Below are positions 30,204 to 39,672 of a DNA stretch of 64,000 nucleotides, piece by piece; position 1 is the stretch's first letter; the number at the start of each line of letters is the position of its first letter. The position numbers and the translations under genes were made by a program. The notes beneath the pieces are model-generated. The model was not told the origin of the DNA and made no database searches. It saw nothing but the letters and a program-made list of their open reading frames with translations. The stretch is from Minisyncoccota bacterium (lineage in GTDB: Bacteria; Patescibacteriota; Minisyncoccia; UBA6257; 02-FULL-45-10c), in the NCBI GenBank assembly GCA_028716745.1, contig JAQUPE010000001.1, positions 30,203 to 94,202 of the forward strand, given 5' to 3'.

Positions 30204-31070
30204 ATGAAAGAATCTGTTATTCCAAAATTAACTAACGACTCTTTGGCCAGACAGCTTATCTCTTTGTATGAGACATTCAAAGACAAAGATTTAAAAAATA
30301 ATGAGGATATAAATTTTAGTTTGTCTGAGTTGGATTGGGCTTGCCCTCTTTTAATTTTGCCCGTTGCCTCTTATATTGCTAGTACAAATAGTAATTATTT
30401 AATTGATGACGATAATAAGATTAAATCTTATTTAGAGACAATCAAATTTCCAGATGGCATTAATTCTGTTTCTGATTTTAAAAAGCGAATATTTAAAAGT
30501 AAAAATTATATACCAATTAGTATTTTGAAAAGAGAAGGCTCTATCGAGCGCGAAAGACTCGAAAGTATATTCACGGAGTTGATTTATAAAATTGTGGATA
30601 GGGCTAATGTTAAGGGATTAAAAAATGTTATTTGCCACCCCATTGCAGAATTGGTAACAAATATATTTGAACATAGTAAGAAGGATGAAGGATTCGTTTT
30701 TGGACAATATTATAAAAATAAAAATATATTAGAAATATGTATAGTTGATAGAGGAAGGGGATTGGCCAATGCATATCAACAGGAGAATGAATTAAAATTA
30801 TCGGACGAAGAGGCTATTGGCGAAGTTATGAAGGGGCACTCTACTAAACCAGATAAGGAAAGGGGTTATGGAGTCAGAACCTCAAAAAAAATCGTTTGTG
30901 GGGCACTAGGCGGCGAGTTTGTTATTTTATCTGGCTCTGCTGCATTAATATCTACTAAAGAAAAAGACAGATTGATAGCTTTGCCAAATTTCTATTGGCA
31001 AGGCGTTGTGGTTGCCTATAGGATACCCATACCCGAGACACCAGTTGATATTAGCCCATATTTAGAGTAG
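30204..31070 (+). CDS. STAS-like plus histidine kinase-like ATPase (GHKL) protein
   Basis: ELVTNIFEHS, IVDRGRG, RGYG boxes; AT-rich. Confidence 0.85.
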   Translation: MKESVIPKLTNDSLARQLISLYETFKDKDLKNNEDINFSLSELDWACPLLILPVASYIASTNSNYLIDDDNKIKSYLETIKFPDGINSVSDFKKRIFKSKNYIPISILKREGSIERERLESIFTELIYKIVDRANVKGLKNVICHPIAELVTNIFEHSKKDEGFVFGQYYKNKNILEICIVDRGRGLANAYQQENELKLSDEEAIGEVMKGHSTKPDKERGYGVRTSKKIVCGALGGEFVILSGSAALISTKEKDRLIALPNFYWQGVVVAYRIPIPETPVDISPYLE

Positions 31071-31123
31071 GCTGTTATTTCTTATGTTATAATATGAATA
31101 TATATAAATTAATAACTAAAATT

Positions 31124-31480
31124 ATGAATAAGAGTCCTAAGGTCGTTATAAAAGTAGCTAAAGTGTTAGCTCCGATATTAGGTTCGCGAGATGTAATTGA
31201 TTCTCTTAAATCTTACATATTGAAATCTAATGAAAAGATGGTGGTTTTGGATTTTAAAGATGTGCAATTTATTTCTCGCTCAGCTGCGCATGAGCTCCTT
31301 TTGATTAAAGAAGAATTATCTCAAAAAAATAAAGAATTGTCTTTTGAGAATACGAATGATGATATTGCTGAGATGTTGCGAGTAGTAGCTGCAAATAGAG
31401 CATTGCCAAAGTCTGAAAAGATACAATTTAGGCCCGAAAAGATTAATATAAATTCTTTAAAAAAAGAAGTGCTTGCTTAA
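31124..31480 (+). CDS. STAS-like domain protein
   Basis: VVLDFKDVQFISRSAAHEL; the start could be 31094. Confidence 0.8.
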   Translation: MNKSPKVVIKVAKVLAPILGSRDVIDSLKSYILKSNEKMVVLDFKDVQFISRSAAHELLLIKEELSQKNKELSFENTNDDIAEMLRVVAANRALPKSEKIQFRPEKININSLKKEVLA

Positions 31481-31536
31481 TAGTTTGTTTAATTGATGTT
31501 TCGGGTTGGTTACAATTAGATAAAAAATAATAATTT

Positions 31537-32238
31537 ATGATATTATTTCGTTTTATTTTTGCAATTTTAATTTCACCATTTAGGTGGATTACAAATATTT
31601 TTAAGCATAAAGATAATGTTTTGGAATGGCATTTTAACTACGGGCCGTCCTTTGTAAAAGTACAAACAAAATATAAAGAACAATTTTTAGCTGATGATTT
31701 ATTAATAGCTAGTTACATCCTTTTTTTAGCTAGATATTTTTATATTTGTGACGATAGACAAATAAATATAATTAAAGATTCTTTATTAAACTCAGTAAAA
31801 GAGTCTGAGAAACCGAAAGAAATTACTGTTAAATTTTATAAATCCATATTTCACACATTAAGCCAAGCGGAACAAAATGCAGTAGCGGCATTATTTAGGC
31901 CTTTTTCATTTTTACCTACTCCACCCCTTACATACTCCGAAAATGAAGAACCCAAACATTCATTTGCTAAATATTCATTTTTGATTTTTAAAATTGGTAA
32001 TCAATTGGTTGCAAATTTTCACATGTCTTATGGACCAGATATTATATTACTTCCTTTAACTTGTGGGATTTTATATGAATATATTACAAATACAATTAGG
32101 AATAAAGACAAGAAAGAGAAGTTAGATCAGTCAATAATCGATTTATTAGAAGCTTATAAATTTATAGATTGTCGTTCATTCGAAGGACTTAGGGAATTGC
32201 CAGTTAAAATTATTAATAAAAATAATTTAAATTATTAA
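31537..32238 (+). CDS. Hypothetical protein (very AT-rich)
   Basis: 233-aa ORF with no recognised motif. Confidence 0.65.
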   Translation: MILFRFIFAILISPFRWITNIFKHKDNVLEWHFNYGPSFVKVQTKYKEQFLADDLLIASYILFLARYFYICDDRQINIIKDSLLNSVKESEKPKEITVKFYKSIFHTLSQAEQNAVAALFRPFSFLPTPPLTYSENEEPKHSFAKYSFLIFKIGNQLVANFHMSYGPDIILLPLTCGILYEYITNTIRNKDKKEKLDQSIIDLLEAYKFIDCRSFEGLRELPVKIINKNNLNY

Positions 32239-32361
32239 AAGATAATTTTCTAATCATTAGTACTATAAAAGTGAGGAAATTCCCTCTGTTAATATCTTTT
32301 CAGAGAACCCCCATTTATCCGCATTTAATGCGGATTTTTTATCCACTTTATTATCTTTACA

Positions 32362-32441
32362 ATGGGGAGAAGTGGAGTAATATAAATCTTAGGTGGGGGA
32401 AAGTGGATAACTATGGGGATAACTACCGAATCTGGGGATAA
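32362..32441 (+). promoter_or_regulatory. MraZ-binding boxes overlapping DnaA-box-like 9-mers
   Basis: TGGNN repeats at 10-bp period (32363, 32373; 32394, 32404, 32414); AGTGGATAA and TGGGGATAA (x2). Confidence 0.75.
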
Positions 32442-32448
32442 GTATTCC

Positions 32449-32570
32449 GTTGTCCTCTTATTTCAACCCACTTCGCGAATCCAGCGATTCGCTCGTTTGT
32501 CCTCGCTGATTCGTCCGCTGCGAGCGGAACCATGCCGAATCAGCTCCGGGGGTTTCAATAAGAGAACAAC
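32449..32570 (+). ncRNA. Structured mraZ 5' leader (multibranch hairpin), function unknown
   Basis: Outer stem GTTGTCCTCTTATT/AATAAGAGAACAAC with two inner hairpins. Confidence 0.55.
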
Positions 32571-32598
32571 TACATTTTAAAATTTAAATAAGAAAAAT

Positions 32599-33030
32599 AT
32601 GTTTATTGGAGAATTCCAACATAATATAGACGTAAAGGGCAGGGTTGCCGTTCCTGCTAAATTCCGACAGCAATTAGGCACGGGTGCAATTATCACTCGC
32701 GGGCTTGATGGCTGTCTTTTTGTTTACACGGCGAAAGAGTGGGAGCTATTGGCGGAAAAAATAAAATCAATGTCTTTGCTTAAATCCGATGCGCGCGCTT
32801 TTGCCAGATTGATGTTTGCCGGAGCTGTTGATGTGGATATAGATTCGCAGGGGAGAATATTGGTTCCAGAATATCTTAGAAAATACGCAAATTTAAATAA
32901 AGAAACTTTTATAACGGGATTATTCAATCGTTTTGAAATATGGGATAAGGAAAATTGGAAAAAATATAAATCAAAAACAGAATCGTCTTCGGACGATATA
33001 GCCGAAAAATTAGGGGAGTTAGGAATATAA
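32599..33030 (+). CDS. mraZ: Division/cell wall cluster repressor MraZ
   Basis: D.KGR..VPAKFR, TRGLDGCL, DSQGRILVP. Confidence 0.97.
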   Translation: MFIGEFQHNIDVKGRVAVPAKFRQQLGTGAIITRGLDGCLFVYTAKEWELLAEKIKSMSLLKSDARAFARLMFAGAVDVDIDSQGRILVPEYLRKYANLNKETFITGLFNRFEIWDKENWKKYKSKTESSSDDIAEKLGELGI

Positions 33031-33034
33031 AACA

Positions 33035-33916
33035 ATGCATGTCCCTGTTCTTTTACTGGAAACAATAGCGCTGCTGGATCCGAAACAAGGAGAATTTTTC
33101 ATAGACGGGACATTGGGCGGGGGAGGACATTCAAAAATTATTTTAGACAAGATAGGAAAGACCGGAAAATTATTGGTTGTTGATCTGGATAAAAAGGCCA
33201 CAGATCAATTCAAGGAAGAAACAGCGGCAGAAAATGTAATTATCGCGAACGACAATTTTGCCAAGCTTCCGGAAATTCTGAAAAAACATAAATTGAGAAG
33301 GGCGGACGGATTGATTCTGGATTTAGGATTTTCTTCGGACCAGATTGAGCTGTCGGGCAGAGGATTTAGTTTTCTGAGAGACGAGCCGCTGCTGATGACA
33401 TACAGCGACGAGAACGAACCGCTTTACCAATTGCTGACGAGAATGAAACAGGAGGAGATAGAAGCGGTCATCAGAGATTATGGAGACGAAAGATATGCCG
33501 GAAGAATTGCGCGGGAGATAAGAGAAAAAATCAGAAGGAGAGAAATTATAAGAAGCAGCAAGGAATTGGCGGATCTGATAAAGAGAGCGGTGCCGGCAAA
33601 TTATGAACACGGAAGAATCCATCCGGCGACAAGAACTTTCCAGGCATTCAGGATTTACGCGAACAAAGAAGTTGAAAATTTGGAAAGCGTTTTGGCCAAT
33701 ATCGGAAAGATTGTTACAAAAGGCGGAAGGGTGGCGGTAATATCGTTTCATTCATTAGAGGACAGAATAGTAAAAAATTATTTTAGAAATTACGCAAAAG
33801 AACAAAAGGTCGAAATACTAACAGACAAGCCGGTTACGGCAAGCATCGCGGAGGTTTCGCAAAATCCGCGCAGCCGATCGGCAAAACTCAGAGCAGTAAA
33901 AATTTTAAAATCATGA
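33035..33916 (+). CDS. rsmH: 16S rRNA m4C1402 methyltransferase
   Basis: HVPVLL, DGTLGGGGHS, HPATRTFQA, ISFHSLEDR, NPRSRSAKLR. Confidence 0.98.
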   Translation: MHVPVLLLETIALLDPKQGEFFIDGTLGGGGHSKIILDKIGKTGKLLVVDLDKKATDQFKEETAAENVIIANDNFAKLPEILKKHKLRRADGLILDLGFSSDQIELSGRGFSFLRDEPLLMTYSDENEPLYQLLTRMKQEEIEAVIRDYGDERYAGRIAREIREKIRRREIIRSSKELADLIKRAVPANYEHGRIHPATRTFQAFRIYANKEVENLESVLANIGKIVTKGGRVAVISFHSLEDRIVKNYFRNYAKEQKVEILTDKPVTASIAEVSQNPRSRSAKLRAVKILKS

Positions 33917-34224
33917 CAATCATAGAACCAAATAAACATAAATATAATCCGAGCTCCGGATTTATTTTGGTGGCGGGATTCATAGTTTTATCTGCTTTTC
34001 TCAGCATTAATTTTTATAATAAAAACGTCAACTTACGCCATTTAATTACTTCTAACACAAAAAACTTGCAGGAAATGCAGGTGTCTAATGCTGAGTTTAA
34101 AGATAAACTTTACAGCGTATTAGCTCCGGAAAATATAAAGTCTCTCGCCCAAAGCCTTAATTTAGTCCAAGAAAAAAGGCCGGAATATATAAACAGCGGT
34201 TTAGAACCCTTAGCTCGCAATTAA
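33913..34224 (+). CDS. FtsL-like cell division protein
   Basis: TM helix plus coiled coil, located between rsmH and the PBP gene. Confidence 0.65.
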   Translation: MTIIEPNKHKYNPSSGFILVAGFIVLSAFLSINFYNKNVNLRHLITSNTKNLQEMQVSNAEFKDKLYSVLAPENIKSLAQSLNLVQEKRPEYINSGLEPLARN

Positions 34225-34240
34225 TAGGGAAAATACGATT

Positions 34241-35890
34241 ATGTGGGGGCGACTATCATTCTTATCCATAGCATTTATTTTGGTGTATTGTACGCTGATT
34301 TTTCAGGTTTATAGCTTGCAAATCAGCAATGGAGATATTTATATAACCAAAGCAGAAGAGCAGAATAAAACACTGGAATTTTTAAAGGCGCTCAGAGGCG
34401 CTATTTATTTTACGGATAAAAATGATAATAGAACGCCCGTAGCCTTAAATAAGAATTACCCGACTATTTACGCTGTTCCGGAAAAGATTCAGGATCCGGC
34501 GGATGCGGCAAGCAAAATCTCAGCCCTTTTGGGACTGGATAAGGCGAAGCTGTTGGAAATGTTTTCAAAACAAAACGATCCTTACGAATCTATTTTGAAG
34601 AAAGCGACAACCGAACAGGCGAGAGCGGCAATGGATCTCGGCATAAAGGGGATTTATATAACCGATGAAAATTTCAGGCTTTATCAATTTAATAATTTAG
34701 GAGCGACGGTGCTTGGCTTTATAGCGCCGACTGCCGACAACGACGTGCCGAAAGGAAAATACGGAATAGAATCTTATTTTAACGATCAGCTTAGCGGAGA
34801 GAATGGGAGGATAAAAGGCGATACGGTGGAAAACTCCAATCCGGGCGAGGAAATAGTTTTGACAATAGATTTGAATATTCAAACGAAGGCGCAGGAGGTT
34901 TTATCGGCGTTAGTTGAAAAATATAATGCCGAAAGCGGAACTATTATAGTTCAGGATCCTTATACAGGAAAGATTTTGGCTATGGAAAACGCCCCGAGCT
35001 TTGATCCGAATAATTACGCCGATTTTAAACTAAAAGATTTTATGAATCCTGCCGTCCAATCTATTTATGAGCCGGGCTCTGTTTTCAAATTAGTTACGAT
35101 GTCCGCAGGAATTGATTCCGGAAATTTAACGCCGGACACCACCTTTGTTGATAAAGGGTTTGTTAAATTAAACGGCCGGACAATCAAGAACTGGGATGAT
35201 AAAGCATACGGGAAAATAACAATGACAGGAGTTATTGAAAATTCCGTGAACACCGGAGCGGTTTACGCGGAAAAACTGATGGGCAACGATGTTTTTTATA
35301 ATTATTTGATTAAATTCGGGCTTAACGAAAAAACCGGAATTAAATTGCCCGGAGAAATAAACGGAGATATAAGAAAATTAAAGACAAGCTATAAAGATGT
35401 TGATTTCGCGACTGCTTCTTTCGGGCAGGGCGTGGCGGTAACTCCTTTGCAGATGATAAGTGTTGTTTCTACCATAGCAAACGGCGGAACGCTTATGAAG
35501 CCGATTATTATTTCCGGAGACAAGCCTCAGGAAGTAAGAAGAGTTATTTCCAATGAAACAGCTTTGAAAGTTAAAGATATGATGGTGGCGGCTGTAATAA
35601 AAAATAAAATGGCCATAATCCCTAATTATTATGCGGCGGGAAAAACCGGAACAGCCCAGGCTCCGGACTTTAAAAACGGAGGATATTTGGATGAATATAA
35701 TCATACCTTTGTCGGTTTTTTGCCTGCTAATAATCCAAAATTTGCGGTTCTGATAAGGCTTGAGAAGCCGAAGGGCGTAAGAGTGGCAAACGCGACAGTG
35801 GCGCCCGCATTTAAGGATTTGGCGGAGTTTATAATAAATTACTATAATATTCCTCCCGATTATGTAGATAAGCCTTTAACCAAAAAATAA
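34241..35890 (+). CDS. ftsI: Class B penicillin-binding protein (FtsI-like)
   Basis: YEPGSVFK (SxxK), SVN, KTGTAQ; dcw context. Confidence 0.9.
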   Translation: MWGRLSFLSIAFILVYCTLIFQVYSLQISNGDIYITKAEEQNKTLEFLKALRGAIYFTDKNDNRTPVALNKNYPTIYAVPEKIQDPADAASKISALLGLDKAKLLEMFSKQNDPYESILKKATTEQARAAMDLGIKGIYITDENFRLYQFNNLGATVLGFIAPTADNDVPKGKYGIESYFNDQLSGENGRIKGDTVENSNPGEEIVLTIDLNIQTKAQEVLSALVEKYNAESGTIIVQDPYTGKILAMENAPSFDPNNYADFKLKDFMNPAVQSIYEPGSVFKLVTMSAGIDSGNLTPDTTFVDKGFVKLNGRTIKNWDDKAYGKITMTGVIENSVNTGAVYAEKLMGNDVFYNYLIKFGLNEKTGIKLPGEINGDIRKLKTSYKDVDFATASFGQGVAVTPLQMISVVSTIANGGTLMKPIIISGDKPQEVRRVISNETALKVKDMMVAAVIKNKMAIIPNYYAAGKTGTAQAPDFKNGGYLDEYNHTFVGFLPANNPKFAVLIRLEKPKGVRVANATVAPAFKDLAEFIINYYNIPPDYVDKPLTKK

Positions 35891-35893
35891 TAT

Positions 35894-37123
35894 ATGAAAG
35901 ACACATTAAAAAAATTATTAGAGAAGACAATAAAATATCTGGCTGGAAGGATGATTAAGAAATATCAGCCCGGAATTATAGCAGTTACAGGAAGCGTCGG
36001 TAAAACTTCCACTAAGGAGGCTATTTACGCGGCTTTGATTAAATCCAGAACAGTCAGGGCGAGCGGAGGGAACTTTAACAATGAGCTTGGAATGCCCTTA
36101 ACGATTTTAGGCGATTGGAAGAAAATTGAAGGCAAATTTTTTTGGATAAAAGTTATTTTTTCATCTTTGATAAAACTGATTTTCAAGGTTAAATATCCCG
36201 AAGCGTTGATTTTGGAATATGCCGCGGCCAAGCCGGGGGATATGAAATATCTTTTGGATATTGCCAGGCCGACGGTAAGCGTTGTCACGGCAATCGGGGA
36301 TATTCCTGTTCATGTGGAATTTTTCAGCGGACCGGAAGCGATAGCTCGTGAGAAGGCAAAAATAGTTGAAGTTTTACCGACTACAAGTTTTGCTATTTTG
36401 AATTTTGACGATCAGGCGGTTTTGGATATGAAACAGCGGACAAGAGCGCATGTTATTACTTACGGATTCGGCGACGGAGCGGAAATACAGATAACCAATT
36501 TTGAAAATAGAATGGACGGAAACAAGCCGGCGGGAATTTCTTTTAAATTGAATTATGGAGGCAGTTTTGTGCCGATCCGTTTGGATAATTGTTTCGGCAA
36601 GGCGCAGGCTTATGCCGCCGCTGCTGCAACCGCGGTGGGAATAATTTATGGAGTTAATATAGTGAAAATAGCGGAAGCGCTTTTGGAATATGAATCTCCG
36701 GAAAGGAGGGGCAAATTGATTGAAGGAATAAAATATACTTATATTCTTGATGATTCTTATAATGCTTCGCCATTATCCATGCACGCAGCTATTGAAACCG
36801 TGAAATCTTTGAAGGCGGCGAGAAAAATCGCCGTATTGGGAGATATGCTGGAAATAGGAAAATATACCGTAGAGGCGCACGAAACAATCGGCGAATTGGC
36901 GGGAAAAGTTTTTGATATTTTAATAACTGTCGGAGGCAGGGCGAAATTTATTGCCGAAACTGCGGGGAAATCCGGAATAGCAAAAAAGAATATTTATAGC
37001 TTTGATACGGCAGATGATGCCAAGCTGAAAGTCCAAGAGCTTATTAAGAAAGGGGATTTGATTTTAATTAAGGCGTCTCACGCGATGGAGCTGGATAAAG
37101 TTGTAGAGGAAATAAAAGCATAG
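35894..37123 (+). CDS. murF: UDP-MurNAc-tripeptide:D-Ala-D-Ala ligase
   Basis: VTGSVGKTSTKE, NNELG, DDSYNASP, LGDMLEIG. Confidence 0.93.
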   Translation: MKDTLKKLLEKTIKYLAGRMIKKYQPGIIAVTGSVGKTSTKEAIYAALIKSRTVRASGGNFNNELGMPLTILGDWKKIEGKFFWIKVIFSSLIKLIFKVKYPEALILEYAAAKPGDMKYLLDIARPTVSVVTAIGDIPVHVEFFSGPEAIAREKAKIVEVLPTTSFAILNFDDQAVLDMKQRTRAHVITYGFGDGAEIQITNFENRMDGNKPAGISFKLNYGGSFVPIRLDNCFGKAQAYAAAAATAVGIIYGVNIVKIAEALLEYESPERRGKLIEGIKYTYILDDSYNASPLSMHAAIETVKSLKAARKIAVLGDMLEIGKYTVEAHETIGELAGKVFDILITVGGRAKFIAETAGKSGIAKKNIYSFDTADDAKLKVQELIKKGDLILIKASHAMELDKVVEEIKA

Positions 37124-37138
37124 TAAGATATTTGCGAT

Positions 37139-37210
37139 GGCCCCATCGTCTAGTGGCTAGGACGTATCCTTCTCAAGGATAAAACTCGGGTTCGATTCCC
37201 GATAGGGCTA
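37139..37210 (+). tRNA. tRNA-Glu(CTC)
   Basis: Anticodon arm TATCC-TTCTCAA-GGATA, T-loop TTCGATT; one C:A mismatch in the acceptor stem. Confidence 0.92.
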
Positions 37211-37243
37211 CAAATATATTCCTTTTGTGATAATATTTATCCA

Positions 37244-37600
37244 ATGACAAGACTTTTTAATATTCCCCAGATAATAAAGGACAGGTTTGTGTCTTTTTCT
37301 TTTTTGGCCAGCTTTATCTTATTGGCTATTTCTTTCGGCGTTGCTTTTATCAATATGGATAATATGTCTAATGTGCTGGTAATCCATCTTGATAGCTATA
37401 AAGGAATAGATTTTTTTGGCGATAAAAACGATATTTTAAGCATTCTGGCATTTGGCGCGCTGGTAATTGCTCTTAACGGCATCTTGGCCAATACGCTTTA
37501 TCTAAGGGAGCGTTTTTTGTCTTATGTACTGGCGTTTTCAAGTGCTCTATTCTCTCTGTTGATATTTATGGGAATACTTGCTATTATATCAATTAATTAA
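37244..37600 (+). CDS. Conserved 3-TM membrane protein
   Basis: VIH.....GIDF.G, C-terminal ISIN. Confidence 0.75.
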   Translation: MTRLFNIPQIIKDRFVSFSFLASFILLAISFGVAFINMDNMSNVLVIHLDSYKGIDFFGDKNDILSILAFGALVIALNGILANTLYLRERFLSYVLAFSSALFSLLIFMGILAIISIN

Positions 37601-37601
37601 T

Positions 37602-37913
37602 ATGTCATTCGCAATTATAGAAACCGGGAGCAAACAATATAAGGTTTCCGCCGGTGATAAAATAAAAGTAGAAAAATTAGACGCCGAGGCCGGCGCCAAC
37701 TTGTCTTTGGATAAGGTTTTGTTGATAGCCGACGGAGAAGACGTGAAAATCGGCACTCCTTATTTGGAGAAGGCGAAAGTTGAGGCTAAAGTTTTGAGCC
37801 AAGGAAGACACGATAAAATAATAGTTTTCAAATATCATTCCAAGACCCGTTATCATAAAAAGAATGGGCACCGACAGCCATTCACCGAGTTAGAAATAGT
37901 TTCTATAAAATAG
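37602..37913 (+). CDS. rplU: 50S ribosomal protein L21
   Basis: FAIIETGSKQYKV, GHRQPFT; ATG at 37602. Confidence 0.97.
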   Translation: MSFAIIETGSKQYKVSAGDKIKVEKLDAEAGANLSLDKVLLIADGEDVKIGTPYLEKAKVEAKVLSQGRHDKIIVFKYHSKTRYHKKNGHRQPFTELEIVSIK

Positions 37914-37980
37914 TCCGACAAATGTCGGGCTATTTTTTTGGAAAAAAAGAGTACGTTAAAAATAAAATATAGGAGGGACT

Positions 37981-38286
37981 ATGAATGTAGGGGTGAAGGT
38001 GAAAGTAAAGATTAAGGTGAAGATGAAAACTTACGGGTGGATGAAGCTGGAAGATTTCTTATCCATCTGGCAACGTCGTTTAATTCTGTATAACCAAAGT
38101 TTTCCCGCTTCAACTTGGGATAGGGCAGTGAATTTTATTACTCATAGCATCAATAAGATGTGCCCATATTGCGATCTTTGTATGGGCACTGCTACCTATC
38201 ATGTTAAATGTAAGCCTTATTATGTTGTGTATCCAGGAAGAGTTATGAAAAGACATTGCTATAAGAAGGGAATAAAAAGGAATTAG
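37981..38286 (+). CDS. Basic hypothetical protein with Cys cluster (orphan cassette)
   Basis: SD AGGAGGG; CPYCDLC...C...HC; terminator GGGGC/GCCCC near 38296..38318. Confidence 0.6.
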   Translation: MNVGVKVKVKIKVKMKTYGWMKLEDFLSIWQRRLILYNQSFPASTWDRAVNFITHSINKMCPYCDLCMGTATYHVKCKPYYVVYPGRVMKRHCYKKGIKRN

Positions 38287-38418
38287 TTTAGTGCAGGGGC
38301 AACTCAGCCCCTTTTTTATTTGACTAGGCTGGTTTGAATAGTTAGTATTAAAAATCAAAATATTCAGATCTTTAAAATTAGAAAATAAAGCAAAATAAAT
38401 ATTCAAAGGAGAGGGGCC

Positions 38419-39522
38419 ATGAAGGGACCAGTTGGATTTGTAGGTTGGAGAGGGATGGTCGGATCGGTGCTGATGCAGAGGATGCTGGAAGAGAACGACT
38501 TCGTCGACATACCTGAGAGGCATTTTTTCAGTACTTCTCAGGTAGGCCAGAAGGGGCCGGACATTGCGGAAGGCCGGAAGCTGGAAGATGCCAACAGCGT
38601 AGAGGCGCTGAAGAAGTGCGAAATCATCGTTACTTGCCAGGGCGGGGACTGGACGAAAGAAATGTACCCGAAGATCCGGGCAGACGGCTGGAAGGGTATC
38701 TGGATTGACGCGGCCTCAACGCTGCGCATGGATCCGGAGAGCGTCATAGTTCTTGACCCGATTAACGGAGACCTGATTAAAAAGGCGATTAGCGACGGAT
38801 GCAAAACATTCGTCGGCGGCAATTGCACTGTCAGCTTGATGCTGATGGCGTGCCACGGCCTTTTTAAGAACAATCTGGTCGAGTGGGTGAGCTCTATGAC
38901 CTACCAGGCAGCTTCGGGCGCCGGCGCCAAGCATATGCAGGAACTGATTCGCCAGATGAAATTCATCGGCGAAAAGGTTGACCCTGCCACGACCGCGCTC
39001 GAGCTCGACAGGATAGTGACGGAAAGGATGGACCGCGCCGATTTTCCGAAGGAAAATTTCGGCGCTCCTTTAGCCGGCAGCTTGATTCCCTGGATTGATA
39101 TCGAGTGGGGCAGCGGCCGGACGAAGGAAGAGTGGAAGGGATACGCCGAGGCCAACAAGATTCTGGGAACCAAAACTCCTATTCCGATCGACGGACTTTG
39201 CGTTCGGGTGGGAGCCATGCGGTGCCACAGCCAGGCGTTGCTAATAAAGCTGACCCGCGACGTACCTCTGGATAAGCTGAAGTTCATGATCGGCAGAGAA
39301 GCGAACGAGTGGGCGAAGTATGTTTTCAACGACAAAAAGGAAACACTCGCGTCTCTCACTCCCGCTGCGGTATCCGGAACTCTGGACGTTGCCATCGGCC
39401 GTTTACATAAGGCTATGTATGGCCCGGAATATCTCCTTGCTTTTACGGTAGGCGATCAGCTCCTCTGGGGAGCAGCCGAACCGGTGAGAAGGACTCTGCA
39501 GATTTTCTTAGGAAATCTGTAA
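38419..39522 (+). CDS. asd: Aspartate-semialdehyde dehydrogenase (proteobacterial type)
   Basis: VGFVGWRGMVGSVLMQRM, GGNCTVSLM, RCHSQA, VGDQLLWGAAEP. Confidence 0.97.
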   Translation: MKGPVGFVGWRGMVGSVLMQRMLEENDFVDIPERHFFSTSQVGQKGPDIAEGRKLEDANSVEALKKCEIIVTCQGGDWTKEMYPKIRADGWKGIWIDAASTLRMDPESVIVLDPINGDLIKKAISDGCKTFVGGNCTVSLMLMACHGLFKNNLVEWVSSMTYQAASGAGAKHMQELIRQMKFIGEKVDPATTALELDRIVTERMDRADFPKENFGAPLAGSLIPWIDIEWGSGRTKEEWKGYAEANKILGTKTPIPIDGLCVRVGAMRCHSQALLIKLTRDVPLDKLKFMIGREANEWAKYVFNDKKETLASLTPAAVSGTLDVAIGRLHKAMYGPEYLLAFTVGDQLLWGAAEPVRRTLQIFLGNL

Positions 39523-39600
39523 GCTCCGAAACAAAAAAACTACCCCCGTTAACGCGGGGGTTTTTATTTATAGAAAAAACCAAATTTATAGTAAAAATAA

Positions 39601-39642
39601 ACCTGTATATTATATGATAATTGTAACATATACTATACAACT
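39601..39642. repeat. 42-bp palindromic site, copy 3
   Basis: ACCTGTATATTATATG-ATAATTGTAA-CATATACTATACAACT, between convergent asd and recR. Confidence 0.88.
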
Positions 39643-39672
39643 CAGGATTATGGGGGTTTTGTTAAAGTTTTG

